Below, in pieces: positions 35,735 to 48,311 of a stretch of DNA of 64,000 nt (the first letter of the stretch is position 1; the number at the start of each line of letters is the position of its first letter). The DNA comes from the human T2T-CHM13v2.0 reference genome, Homo sapiens, in assembly GCF_009914755.1 (NCBI RefSeq), contig NC_060930.1. One strand, 5' to 3'. Under the pieces are notes generated by a model. That model did no database searches, was not told where the DNA came from, and saw nothing but the letters and a program-made list of their open reading frames with translations. The position numbers and the translations under genes were made by a program.

Positions 35735-36229
35735 GTATGGAATTCTATAAATAGTAATTAGTGAGAGCATTGTTCTTCATTTTGAAAGGTGATTTAACAA
35801 ACTATTTCCAAAGTCCTTGTGTTTGGAAAAATGGGAGAAAAATCCTGTGACAATAGTTAAAAACAGCAATAACAAAATCAGTGATTTTAGTCCTTATGCC
35901 AAGTATTCTTCTGAGAAAACTAGTTATTAATGTTTTACTCCTTGATTAGAAAATGTTTTGGTCTTCATGACTCTAATAAAATACATATTAGATGCAGAAA
36001 ACCTGAGAAATATAACAATATTAAAAATGAGAAAGTAACAATCACCGATAATATACCCATCCAGAGACAAATAGGTTGACCAGTTTGGTTTTCTTTTATA
36101 ATTTTTCTGTTTATATGTAATATAAGTATTTCATCTACATATTTTAGACACAATTGATTTCATCCTATGTATAGTTTTATATTCTGTTTTTCTTCATTTA
36201 AGACTATATGGTGGGCAATTTGCCATGAC

Positions 36230-37510
36230 ATTATGATGTGTCTGGGCATTTGAGTTTATCCTGTTTGGGGTTGGTTGGACTTCTTGAACTTCTCACTTCA
36301 CAATCTTTGTCTGATAGTTTTAATATCTGGTCATCTTGGGGTTTGTAGCTGTTGATTTTCTTTTCCCTAGAGAAATGGTCAGCTTTTCTTGGTTCTTTGT
36401 ATGTTGAGTAATTTTGGATTATATCCTGAACATTTTGCATATTATGTTTTAAGACATTGGGTCCTGTTAAAATCTGGAGAATGTTGAAGTTTTTGTTACA
36501 GCAGATGATCAGCTGGTTTCAATTCATCCTACATGTTCTCTTTCTCCTTCTGTGGTTGGTGATTGTCCTGTCAGTTTAGTTTTCAAAGCCTTTGTTGTTC
36601 AGGTCTTCCAGGTACATAAGCCACCCAGGGTAGTCAGGGACTTTGGTCAGTGGTTTATATAGTAGTTAAGTGTCAAAGACTTTGCTGTGCTTATTTGGCT
36701 CTGTTCTGCATGTGCATAGCTCAGGGGCAATCCTGAGACTTAGAGTTCACATGTAGCATTAGGAGTTAAACATTTTCAACTCCTTTCCTCTCTGAGATGT
36801 CCTCCACATTTTCTGGCTCCCAGGATCCTCTCTTATCCAGCCTCCAATGGCCCCTTTTTCTGGTCACCTAGCCAGACAGTATTTTTCTCTCAGCCTCTGC
36901 TCCACCACACAGTTCTGTTTGCCCGTAAGAGCGAAGCAGATAAAGAGATAACAAAAACAATCTCCTATTACTATTCTTCAGATGACAGAAAGCTCTTTTC
37001 CTGGTTCCACTGGCTAGAGAGACGGGTCATCTCTCACATTTGTAGGTGCCTATGTTGCCATAGCTGTCACCAGGCAGTAACTGGGGTTAGCCACCCTCAG
37101 GGCAGGGCCAGAAAAAAAAATAGAAATAAACATAACACCACAATACAGCAAAGAGATTTCCTACCTATTTCTTACTCTCTAGCATTCAGGGTTCCTTTAT
37201 CCCTAGTCCACTGGCTATAAATAAGAAATTTCTCTCAGAGTTTTGCTGTCTACGCTAGCTAGGCAGTTTTGATTTGGCCCACCCTCAGATCAAAATCAGG
37301 AGACAAAGAAGTAAAAAAAAAGAAAAGAAAAGGCCTATGAAACTCACTCCTGTTGTGAGTCATTATTCACGTTTTTACTTTAATTCTTAATCTACCTATT
37401 TCTGTTCACTTTTGAGTCTTTGAGTAGTTGCTTTTTATATTCTGTCTAGAATTTTTCATTGTAATCAGCGAAAGAGGTTATAGTCAGCTTATTCCATCTT
37501 GGCTGCACCC
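36230..37510 (-). mobile_element. Old L1M fragment (probable)
   Basis: T-rich text typical of antisense old L1 (ctttgtatgttgagtaattttggattatatcctgaacatttt); boundaries uncertain. Confidence 0.5.
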
Positions 37511-39504
37511 AGAAGGCCATAAACAATATTTAATAGCTAAATAATGCTGCATGACACTAGTGAGCCATAATGTATTAAACCATTTCCCATAGTGTTGGAT
37601 ATTTAGGTCATTTGAAATTTTTACTATAAAAAATCAATGAATATCTCTCTTTATGTTAATTACTTTTTTGCTTAGGTCAAAAATACCAGCCTACTACACT
37701 TTTTGCATCAGTATTTACTAAAACTTTTTACATTTGGGTTGTCTCCATCCATTAATTATGAAGAATCCACAGCCAAATGCATACATATGTACATACAAGA
37801 TTCAGTTTGGATAAAGTTCTCTATGCCTGCTACATAGAAAAGAACTATTTAAAGTAGACATAAAATTATATATCTAGATAAGTAAATAGATAACTACCTC
37901 TGGCTTTGACTAGGCCAGTTAGCAGACATATAGAAACTACTTATGAGTAAGACTCTAAAAATTTTGATTTGGTTACTAATGAGATTTAAATATCCTTCCC
38001 TCAAATTCGAGGAAGCTCTTAACTCTGGATACCTGTCTACAAATGAGCTAGCTTTCCTTACAAAGTGAGTGTTGTATTATGCATGACTTTTTTTTAATGA
38101 TACATCAAGTCACTATGATCTAGGAATCTAATTACTTTTTTTAAAAAAATGGTTTCTTATCTGAGTTATTTTATTTTACCATAAGAGTATTTTGTTAGTT
38201 ACTGTATCACATAATGCATGCACATGATGCTATTGGTTGTTAAAAGGAATATAGGAGAAATATTTCCCTTTTCATTGTCCTTAATAAAGCATCTGTGGCT
38301 CTACATGGATACTGTGTTTGAATAACAGCCCCTTGAACAATGATGTCCCTCCCTCCTTCACCAATTACCAGAGTTGTTGGGGATTTGAGAGCTAAACATT
38401 GGAAAAGGGTACTTTACTCCCTGTGTAGAGTGCTCCAGGGATATGTTCTAGAGAAATGAGTATTTGAAGAATAGAAAAAGTACTTGACATGATTCCTCAT
38501 TATAAAATCAGATTGTCATAATTTTGATAGAAATACATTTTGTTGTTTACATCTTTTCTGGCTTATCTGTGGTTCCATTTCTGATTTGAATTATTTTGTA
38601 CTCGTGATAAAGAATCAATAGCAATTCAAAGGTTCCTTTTGTTAGGCTGTATCCCAAAGAGTAGGGAAAGATCTTTACTTCATGTCAGTGGGTGATACCA
38701 CTATTAAAGGTAACTTGTGTTTTTAAAACAAAATACTTTTATCACCCAGAATTACAATTTCTTAAAAATATTGTTATGCTGAATCCCTCAAACAAAAATG
38801 GTTTATCAATTTCTTTGGACATAGGTAGCAGGGAAGAAAAACCACTTTAGGTAAAAAAATTTAAATATACTTATGGAGATAAATAACCCAAGATGAGGAT
38901 TTCTTGAAATATAGGAAATTTATTAATTGAATTAATCTTGAAAGTTAAATTATGAATGTGATAAATTCACATTTTAAAGAATTTTCTCTGTTAATTAGCT
39001 CATATGTTCAAATGATATTTGTTAAATAATCTCTTGGAATTTCTGAATCTTTAGTTTATATAAGATTCAAATTATTGGCTGGTTCTTGGTATTGCACATT
39101 CTTGTTCATAAATAATGCAGTGGTTCTTAGAATTGAGGCACATTGAGAATAAAATCAGCTAATGGTAGCTTTAATATCATGTGAAAAATATATACTAATC
39201 AAAAAGGAAAAAGAACTAATTGATTATCAGCCTTGTTCACACCATTCTCTAGCAAAATATAAAATATGCCAATTTCATAATTTTTAGAGAAACTTGATTT
39301 GATGGTACAGTGTGAGAACCAAAATATTAATAAGAAAATAAAACATTGTTTCTATAGAAATAATGCCCTATAGTAATTAGAATACTCATCTGTCCCCTCT
39401 CCCTTTTAGAGAACATTACATTTGTCATGGTAACACCCATGGAAATAAATTTTTTTGTTTGTATGTTTCTTTCTCAGTTTGAAGTTTTTCTCTTTTTGTT
39501 TCAG

Positions 39505-39534
39505 AAAAGGGGTTTGGAGGTGATGGAGATTTAA
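39505..39534 (+). CDS. TDRD6: TDRD6 terminal coding exon
   Basis: Long pyrimidine tract ending ttcag|AAA; KRGLEVMEI-TAA; total CDS 6291 nt = 2096 aa. Confidence 0.92.
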   Translation, partial: KRGLEVMEI

Positions 39535-40039
39535 CCGTGGATCTATAGCTGTGGCCAATCAGTCAGAAGCTGCCCTTGAACAAGTGGCATCTTACGCAGA
39601 CCAACAGAGTATTTGAGAAAATTGAAAACATGTAACCACAAGAAGTTGTCATTTTCAAAAACTTCTATATAGGTGGAAAACAAATTAGGTCTCAGGTTGA
39701 TGGTGGGGTGTGTTTATAGTGATCCTGTTATATATACAGATCTGGGATCTTTCGTCTTTATTGTCTTACGTTTCTAATTAGTTGGGAGGATTTATTTTGC
39801 TAAACAGTTTACTAACACATTACATTTCAAAAACTATTTTGGTACCTTTCAAATACAGTGTTTAAATTAAAATAGAAAAATAAGGGCTCATGACAAGTAC
39901 ATTATTTGATTCTACTTAGGATAGCTTTTTAGCAGGATCTCCTTCAGAATTTTTGTCTTGACTTTGAATCTTTGCCTGTTTGTCTAAACATTTGACTAAC
40001 ATTCTGTTTGAATTTGGAAGTATTCTAATACAAGATTTG

Positions 40040-40097
40040 AATAAAGTTTATCCTTAAATAAAGTTTATCCTTAATATGATGGTCTCATTTTATTAAA
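40040..40097 (+). terminator. TDRD6: TDRD6 proximal poly(A) signal cluster
   Basis: AATAAA 40040-40045 and 40057-40062, ATTAAA 40092-40097, about 500 nt after the stop. Confidence 0.65.
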
Positions 40098-41943
40098 AAG
40101 GAAATAGAACTCTTAAATATACTTGGTTCCATCTCTCCTCTGTAATGGAGGATTGGGGAAAGCATAGTAATATTAAATGTTAGCTCTTATGTATTAGTCA
40201 CTTAGCTTATACTTTAAATGCATTTTTTCACTTTATTCATCAACTTTGAAGTGCATATCAATATTATCCATATTTTATAGGTGAGAAAATTGAAGCTTCA
40301 TAAAGAGGTTAAATAACTTGCCTAAGGTCAGATAGCTGATGAGTCTCAGAGGCTTGATCAAACCCAGACCTACCTAACTTTGAAGCCCATGACTTTTTAA
40401 ACATGATTTTGCAAAGCATAGATCTTAGCTTTTAGAAACAGATCTGAGCTATATGCTGCTTAACAGATATGTGACATGGGCAAATTATGTAATATTTTGA
40501 ACTTTGATCTTCATCTGTAAAGTGGTGATAATAAAACCTTTCTTGCAGTGTTTTTTTAAGATGAGAAATAATTGATATAAAGTCCCTGAAAAGGAGTAGG
40601 CATTTGATAAATGTGTCTTTCTTTACCCTGAAAAATACTCAGTGTGCACTATGTTAGGTTATTTCTTTTTAACCTTAACTTATTAGATATTTTCAATAGT
40701 TATTTTCTCCTTTCAGCATCAGCATGCGCCACCAACAAAAGACTGTAAAAAACAAACAAACAAAAAAGTGTTGAATGGGACATCCATACAGTTGGAATGC
40801 TTATTTCTAAAATGAATAGGGAAAAGGTTTGCTAAATGAGACTGGGGTAAAGGTGTATCTCTGTGAAGCATTATCAGACTCTGAAGCCTAATGGAAATAG
40901 AATTATGAACCTTAAAAACCCATTATAATTTCCGTAAGTAGAAGGGAGAGAGGTTTGCATTAAAAGTAATTGAGGTAGATGAGTATATTACTTATTCCTG
41001 GAATAATGAATAGACAAGTTTGGCTTACTCATATAGATAATATAATGTGAATTGCCAGAAGCAAAGCTCAGAGAAGATGCATTAGGATCAGATTATAGGA
41101 AGCCTTCAATTTCAAGCTGAGTTTAACTCCCTATTTTAAAAAATTTAATCTGAATGGCTACAGAAGTAAAATTTCTCAGAATGAGTGACTTTGCACCTGA
41201 CACCACTAAGATAGGACTAGGGTACCAAATGAGTGGTATAAATTTTTATGTCCCCTGGGAAATAAAATCATTTTCCATGATTCCCATATTTATAAGTATA
41301 AATTCTTAAGCTATATTTTTACCTCCATTTAATCGTGTTATTCTGTTTTACTACTACATATAGAATTGAAAACATTAAATAAAATTAACTGGAATATGAA
41401 GAAGCTAAATGTAATTCTGAATGTTTTATTATCCTTCACAGCCTTTGTGTGAGTAACTAATGTATTCTAACTGGAATCCCTGCTATATGCTGTAATACCT
41501 GTGGAACCTTTCTTTAGCAAGTAGAATGCCTTAAAGAATTAAAGAAAGTGTCAAAAAATTACCAATTTAATCCACTGCCTTTGCCTCATCTCTAATATTC
41601 TTAACCCTTCTCTACTCCTTTTAGTCATCATTTGAAATTGTGTAGTACCACCAATCCTGTGCTGAAACAATGGCTTTTGCTTGTTCTAATTTTTCTTACC
41701 GTGACCAAAAGTCAAAGAGAAGAGCTGCCAAATTCTACCTAGAATATCATGTTGCTATAATTAAACTCCACTGCCCATAGTAGATAATAAAAGGCAAGAA
41801 ATTGTTTTTTACTCTATGTTTAGGGAGTCTTGTATCATTGCAACAGGTTTTCACTGGGATTTTGCCTGTTTTAATCTACTTGTCTGTCAAAGTAATGTAA
41901 AAACAGTTTTTAACTTCGACACTGAAAAGGAATCATCTTTAAA

Positions 41944-41949
41944 ATTAAA
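41944..41949 (+). terminator. TDRD6: Candidate distal TDRD6 poly(A) signal
   Basis: ATTAAA followed by U-rich sequence; use of this site is inferred. Confidence 0.45.
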
Positions 41950-41976
41950 ATTTAGGCTGATATGAATATTGTATAC

Positions 41977-41982
41977 TGTATT
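41977..41982 (-). terminator. PLA2G7: Candidate distal PLA2G7 poly(A) signal (AATACA variant)
   Basis: tgtatt on + reads AATACA on -, about 230 nt past the stop. Confidence 0.45.
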
Positions 41983-42085
41983 CTTTCTTTACATCTAAAG
42001 GGAAAAAATTCTTAGTCCAAGCTTCAATCACGATTACAGTATAGCCTACATTTTAAAATATGAGTCCTTTGGGAAAATACATTAA

Positions 42086-42088
<3 letters not shown>

Positions 42089-42162
<74 letters not shown>
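42089..42162. repeat. (TC)21(AC)16 compound microsatellite in the PLA2G7 3'UTR
   Basis: Read directly from the sequence. Confidence 0.97.
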
Positions 42163-42165
<3 letters not shown>

Positions 42166-42212
42166 ATTTTAGACAGTTTTGAAACAAGACTTTTAAAAAA
42201 CCTATTTTAATC

Positions 42213-42349
42213 CTAATTGTATTTCTCTATTCCTGAAGAGTTCTGTAACATGATGTGTTGATTGGTTGTGTTAATGTTGGTCCCTGGAATAAGATTCTCA
42301 TCATCTCCTTCAATCAAGCAGTCCCACTGATCAAAATCTTTATGAAGTC
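42213..42349 (-). CDS. PLA2G7: PAF acetylhydrolase / Lp-PLA2, terminal coding exon
   Basis: GLHKDFDQWDCLIEGDDENLIPGTNINTTNQHIMLQNSSGIEKYN-TAG; N-glycosylation sequons NTT and NSS. Confidence 0.96.
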
Positions 42350-42805
42350 CTATAAAATATAAAGTGTTAATCAACATATTAAACTTTTGAGAGCATTAAA
42401 CAGTTTGGTGCCCCTAGGTGGCAATAAAGATTTACAAATTACACAAGTTCCGTTAGGATGGTAGAGACGATGTGCTCTGTATCAGCTGCCTCATGGCTGC
42501 TTTAGCAGCTGAATGCAAACGGGATAGGAGTGAGGCAACCTGCTGTCAGTATCCTCAACATGGAAGTCCACTCTAGGCTTCATACAAAGAATATTACCTT
42601 TAACAGTTGGATTTGCTTTCTATGATATAGAGGATGTAAAGCAGCAAAATTGACTTTCTCAAATTTCTGTTTTCAAATTGATATACTGCTTTGTTCCATT
42701 GTAAACCAACTGGAAATAGTTTAAATAGTACTAAAGCTGTATTAAGATAGACAGCTTTGTCCTGAGATTCATCTGGTTTAGGTCATGAAAAAAATAGTTT
42801 CTTAC

Positions 42806-42954
42806 CTAAATGCTTTTGTAAGAATGCTAATGAAGCTTTGTTGCTAAGATCAATAGCTACATTTGAATCTATGTCTCCCTTTAATTTGAGCATGTGTCCA
42901 ATTATTTTGCCAGTTGCAAAAGTGAAGTCAGCAAAATTCTGGTGGACTGAACCC
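42806..42954 (-). CDS. PLA2G7: Lp-PLA2 exon 11 (catalytic His351; Val379)
   Basis: GSVHQNFADFTFATGKIIGHMLKLKGDIDSNVAIDLSNKASLAFLQKHL; AG/GT boundaries. Confidence 0.96.
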
Positions 42955-45016
42955 CTAAAAGAGAACAAGACATTTAAAAGTCACATTGTTTGATAAAATT
43001 ATTATTTTTTTAGTTAGAGTGTAAGAAAGGTACTGGTCTTGTTGGTCTGTTTACTGAAAACCAAAGAAGAAATAAAACTTGTAATTTGATCTACTTAGAT
43101 GTGTTTCAAGGGTCACAGGCTGTTTGTTTAGGGATCCCAGAGTATATTCTTCTTCCCTCTAGAAATACAACTCAAAGAATCTTGTTCTTGCTTGGTATCT
43201 TGATTTTAGAAGAAATGATTCTTGCTTTTTAGTGAATTGGAATACTTCCAGTTTGAATACTGGAATGTGTTCTGTATTGAAGGGTCCCTGAACTCAGAGC
43301 CAGAGCCTGCTACCTGCCCTCACCACTGAACGTGGTATGTATTTGATGCTAGTCACTTTAAATTTAAATCACTTTAGATTTAAGCCTTAGAGGAAACAGA
43401 TTTCAAACACCACTTTTCCCAGTATTAAACTGTAAGCACTTTATAAATATCATTTGCACTGCTCTGTAAATTCATCAATAGCCTAACGTCAAATAGAATG
43501 GCCTTTTTTAAGTCCTCGTTTTCTACCACCACTGGGACATTTGACACTTGATGGCCTTCTTGCACTTTTTTTCTTTACGTTTCCTTAACATTGCACCTTC
43601 CCTTCTGACGCTAACCACTCTATGTTCTTCACTGGCTCTTCACCCATTTCCCATTGGCTGAATGTAGGCATTCCTTAGGATTCTACTGGCAGACCAACTC
43701 TTTTCTCACTTTGCAATCTCTTCTACTTCAAATGTTTCATCTGTGTTATCATGTAAATTATGTAATCATCCAATGTGTGGCCAGACATCTGTGTACAGAT
43801 TCCTCAGTTCTCAAGCTAAGAAATTGTGAAGTTAAAAGACATCTTCCCAGTCCTGCCCAAAGCTGCTCTGCCTCTTGACTCTGCTGGTTCTTATAAGCAA
43901 CCCATCATTCTTTTAGTCATCTAAGCTCAAAACAGGGCCACTTAACTCCCTCTCACTCTTCCCCACATTGTAGTAGGAAACTTGAATGTCAGAAACATAA
44001 AGAAGATAAACAGCAGGAATACAAGAGAATTGCGAGCAGAAGCTTGGATGATCTGACTGTAGAGAACTGCCAGAGGAGAAGAAATGGAAGGAGTGGTATA
44101 AATGACAGGAGAAGCAGCAAAGAGGTGGGTCATAGTAGCCAAGGGAGCAGGAAGAGGGGTGGTCAGCAATGTTGAACAGATGCAGAGAGCAAGGTTGAGA
44201 CTCTGAAGAGGCTGCTGGTGTGGCAGGCAGCAGGCCTTTAGTGTCTTTGTTTTGGCATGCCCGTGGGGGCCCAGGAAGCTAGACCACAAGAGTCAAAGAG
44301 TGAATAGAAGTAAGCACATGCAATGACTAATATTGGCTATTCTTTGAAGGTTTCTAGCAGAGAAGGGACAAAAGCAAAGGTGAGAGCTTAGTAAGGAAAT
44401 AGGGTTGAGGGAAGGTTAGGTGTTCTGTATTATTTCCGTTTTAGAATTAGAAAGAGTTGCACATACACATAAGCTAAATGAAGTCCTTGCCTGAAATACC
44501 TAAACCCTTCCTTACTATCTAAACTCTCTTGATCTTACAAAATCCAATTTTAGTGTCATCTATGAATCCTTTTCTGTTGGAAGAGACCCCTCTATTCTCT
44601 GAGCCCATAGTGTTTATTGCCTATACTCCATATATTTCCTTCCTGCCTCTTCTCTTCTCCTAAATAAACCAGATTTCAGATAGGAAAGGGGTGAGTTCAG
44701 GTCCATCTTTGCTTTGTAATATCTCATCGAGAGTTCAAAACCTTATCAGGAGTTCTTTTTCACCTCCAGGATACAAGAATTGCCAACACGTCATGGTACC
44801 CCATTATAGCTTTGGGGAATTTATAAACTCATATTCTTTCTCAACAGGTTAGTATATTGCAGGTCTCAGTCGATAATCTGACTTTTTCTTTAAAGAGTTC
44901 CTACCCCAGCCTAATGATGGAATACTTCCCCCTAGCTCTACCCCCAAAAATCTGTAGGCATATTCTGGTGTTTAGATTGAAGTAGCATGTAGTATAATGC
45001 TAATTTTAATTACCAG

Positions 45017-45434
45017 TGATATAGTTTGGATCTGTGTCCCCACCAAATCACATGTCAAATTGGAATCCCCAGTGTCAGAGGCAGGGACTGGTGGGAGGTG
45101 ATTGGATCATGGGAGCAGTTTCTCATGGTTTCACACCATCCCCCTTGGTGCTGTCATTGTGACAGTGAATTCTTGTGAGACCTGGTTATTTAAAAGTGTG
45201 TAGTACCTTCACCCATCCCTCTCTTCCTCCGGCTCTGGCCATGTGAAGTGCTCATGCCCCGGTTGCCTTCCACCATAATTGTAAGTTTCCTGAGGCCTCC
45301 CCAGAAGCCGAGCAGATGCCAGCATCATGCTTCCTGTACAGGCTGCAGAACTGTGAGCCAATGAAACCTCTTTTCTTTATAAATTACCCAGTCTCAGGTA
45401 TTTCCATATAGCAATGCAAGAACAGACTAATATA
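45017..45434 (+). mobile_element. Solo MaLR LTR (MSTA/MSTB-like)
   Basis: Starts TGATATAGTTTGG, ends gactaatata; exact 5-bp TSD ACCAG at 45012-45016 and 45435-45439. Confidence 0.92.
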
Positions 45435-45643
45435 ACCAGTATATATACTATATACGTTAACATTCCCATTTTAAAAAGAGTAAGACTAAATGTACTTAGA
45501 AACTGAGATTATCTAATTCTCTCCTTATTGAAAGTCTAAACAACCAATTCAGCAATTCTTTAATAGTTACCAAATGATATCGATTGATATTTACCCAAGC
45601 TTCAAGTTTGTTTCACATAATGAAATAAGTCACTAATACTTAC

Positions 45644-45814
45644 CTGATTGTAATCATCTTTCTTTCTTTATCAGGTGAGTAGCATTTTTTCATTTTTATG
45701 ATATTAGCAGGATATTGGAAATATTCAGAGTTGATAAAAAAGAGGGGCTGAGGAATTCTGGAATATACTTCATCACCCAGTGGAAACATCCATGCATCCA
45801 GGGCAATACCACAT
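45644..45814 (-). CDS. PLA2G7: Lp-PLA2 exon 10 (catalytic Asp296)
   Basis: CGIALDAWMFPLGDEVYSRIPQPLFFINSEYFQYPANIIKMKKCYSPDKERKMITI. Confidence 0.96.
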
Positions 45815-46979
45815 CTGTAGATATTTGTTGACAATGATGAAATTAAACTGGTTACATACTAGCCAACATTGAGGACATCCTAATAATGCTAGGATTGGTG
45901 GACACGCACCATACCAGTTTATTATGGGTTATCTCATTGGAATAAAGAGGTATCATACTTCAATGTGGGAAAGGGATATGATTAACTTTGTAAAGTAGCA
46001 GACCTGGAATTTTATATAATCATTTTCTTTATATGCCTTTAGGAATTGCAACCATTTGAGTGATATATCCTTAAAACTTTTTATTCAAAATAAATTTTAG
46101 AATACATAATAATTTCTTCAACACTGTGGAGTATCTGAAAAAGTATAATAAATACACCTTTGTTTTCAGAGCTTTTATGCACCTTGTAGTGTATTTATTA
46201 TAGCTTTATTAGAGTAACAATTGGGCCCATTACTTTATATTTAGAGGCACTTCAGCTGAAAAACTGTCTGAGGGTTGAAGAAAAACATATGGAGCATATC
46301 ATTTGAAGATGAAACTAACTTCCTTTTTAAAAGTAAGTTTATCCTATGTTTCCTGATCTTTTGGTAAATGGATCAAAGAAGAGAATTCTTACACTGAAAT
46401 GGACTTTTAAGAAATTTGAGGTGAAGTTTCAAAAATGATCCTGCCCACTCTCTGTACGGTTGGTTCTATGTGATCTCATCAGTCTGGAATGAAGGTTTAA
46501 GAAAGAAAATGTTCCTGCAAGCTAGAAAACTGGGGTCTTGTCCCAACTCTTACCCAAATAATTGTAATTTTAGATCCAGCTCCATCTTAAAGGTGGAAGG
46601 GGGAAAAACCTAATTAAAAAATGTCCTGCCCACTGGAGAAGTCTGGCAATACTGTTAAGATGACAATATTATTATCACAATCATTATGTCACAAAAAATT
46701 ATATAAAGATAAATTTTTCAGTGAAAAGTGTTAACCCCTTGGGTAAACAAGAATAATGAGGGAAAACTTATGGGAGTAGGGGGAGATTTTAATAGCAGGA
46801 GAGGTAGATGTTTTAGCCTAGGAAAATGTATATAGAGTATTTTATGGGGGCAAAAGAATAGCCTTATAAACTCCAAGAGATCCCTTCTTCACTAAGAATT
46901 TGAATAAAAAATTATATCTCACAATATAATTTCTTCCAATAATTTACTATTCTCTTGCTTTACTATCTTATTTTCTTAC

Positions 46980-47071
46980 CTGAATCTCTGATCTTCACTA
47001 AGAGTCTGAATAACCGTTGCTCCACCAAAAGAATGTCCAATTACTGCTATTTTTTCCCTATCAATAGAGTC
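46980..47071 (-). CDS. PLA2G7: Lp-PLA2 exon 9 (GHSFG nucleophile elbow, Ser273)
   Basis: DSIDREKIAVIGHSFGGATVIQTLSEDQRF; GxSxG lipase motif. Confidence 0.97.
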
Positions 47072-47935
47072 CTATTTGAAAAAGCATGATATAAATTTAT
47101 AGCTATTTCGTGGTGTTAGAAGAAATGATTTTGTCAATCATATAATTGTTCATTTCATGGGGATGGTTAAATACATTGATTTCTTATAAAATAGAATATA
47201 CATATACACACATACATTTATACATACCATACACACATATACATCTATATACACATATAAAACACATTTACACATATATATAACATATGTAAAGGTTTGA
47301 AAGTAAACTTAATGTTCTTTGTAGTCACCCACACTGGAAACTTCAACATCAGTTCTGACTTCTGCCTCTCCTCACCCCATGTTTATTTGTTTGTTCATTC
47401 CATGAGTATTTATTGAGTACCTACTCTGTGCCAGGTACTGCAGTCTCATTTCAGTGAGTTTGCAGTCCATCAGGGAAGAAAGTTATACAGAGGCATGATG
47501 CAATACAGTACAGTGGTACAAAGGAGCACACATGACAGACAGCGAGCCCAGTCCAGAAGTGGGTATTGGGGTCCAAGAAAGCTTCTTAGAGGAGGTGATG
47601 CTCAACTGGAGTCTTGAAATTAGGTAGGAGTTAGGCAAGGGGAAGGGTGTGTCAGGCCAAGGGGACAACATGTACAAAGGCAAGGATACAGAAGAGAGTG
47701 GCTGCTTGAGGGATAACAAATTTCTTCATTGTATCTGGAGAACAGACCATCATCTTATTCTCTAGTTCCCCCTAATCCCTGCACTTCACATGCCACACAC
47801 ACTTTTGAGTCTTTGTTCATGCTGCCCACTCTGTCTGATATTTTTCCACCCGCTCCCAAACTTGTGTCAAGTTTTCAAGATCAAGCTTAAAAACATGCAG
47901 GAGCTGTCCATGAAATAATAATACTTCCACAGGAG

Positions 47936-48014
47936 TTGAGTTGAACCATATGACATTGCTGTTTTTGTAGATCAAAACTGACTAACTTTTGGCAATTTCA
48001 TATCTAGTCCAAGA
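47936..48014. mobile_element. MADE2 mariner-derived MITE
   Basis: gttgaaccatatgacattgc ... gcaatttcatat inverted termini, about 80 bp. Confidence 0.75.
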
Positions 48015-48197
48015 TAATGCATTCTTCATTGCTGCAATACTTTACCTGTACTGCTTTGTGTGTCTGTGTGTGCGCATTGGGGAGGGGGCTGGTTGCAGCC
48101 CTTTATCATATTGTACCTTGCAATATAGCAGAAAATTAAATGACAAAAAACAATAAAGAACTGTAGGACAAGAGAAAAATTACTTTTTATAGCTTAC

Positions 48198-48311
48198 CTT
48201 CAGTTGTTCCATATCAAACTTTAAATCTAATGCATTCTTCACTGGCTTTCCATGATCAATGTCAAGAATCAGACTGAGAGCTTGGGAACATTCTTTTGCT
48301 CTTTGCCGTAC
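48198..48311 (-). CDS. PLA2G7: Lp-PLA2 exon 8
   Basis: VRQRAKECSQALSLILDIDHGKPVKNALDLKFDMEQLK; 114 nt, AG/GT. Confidence 0.95.
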
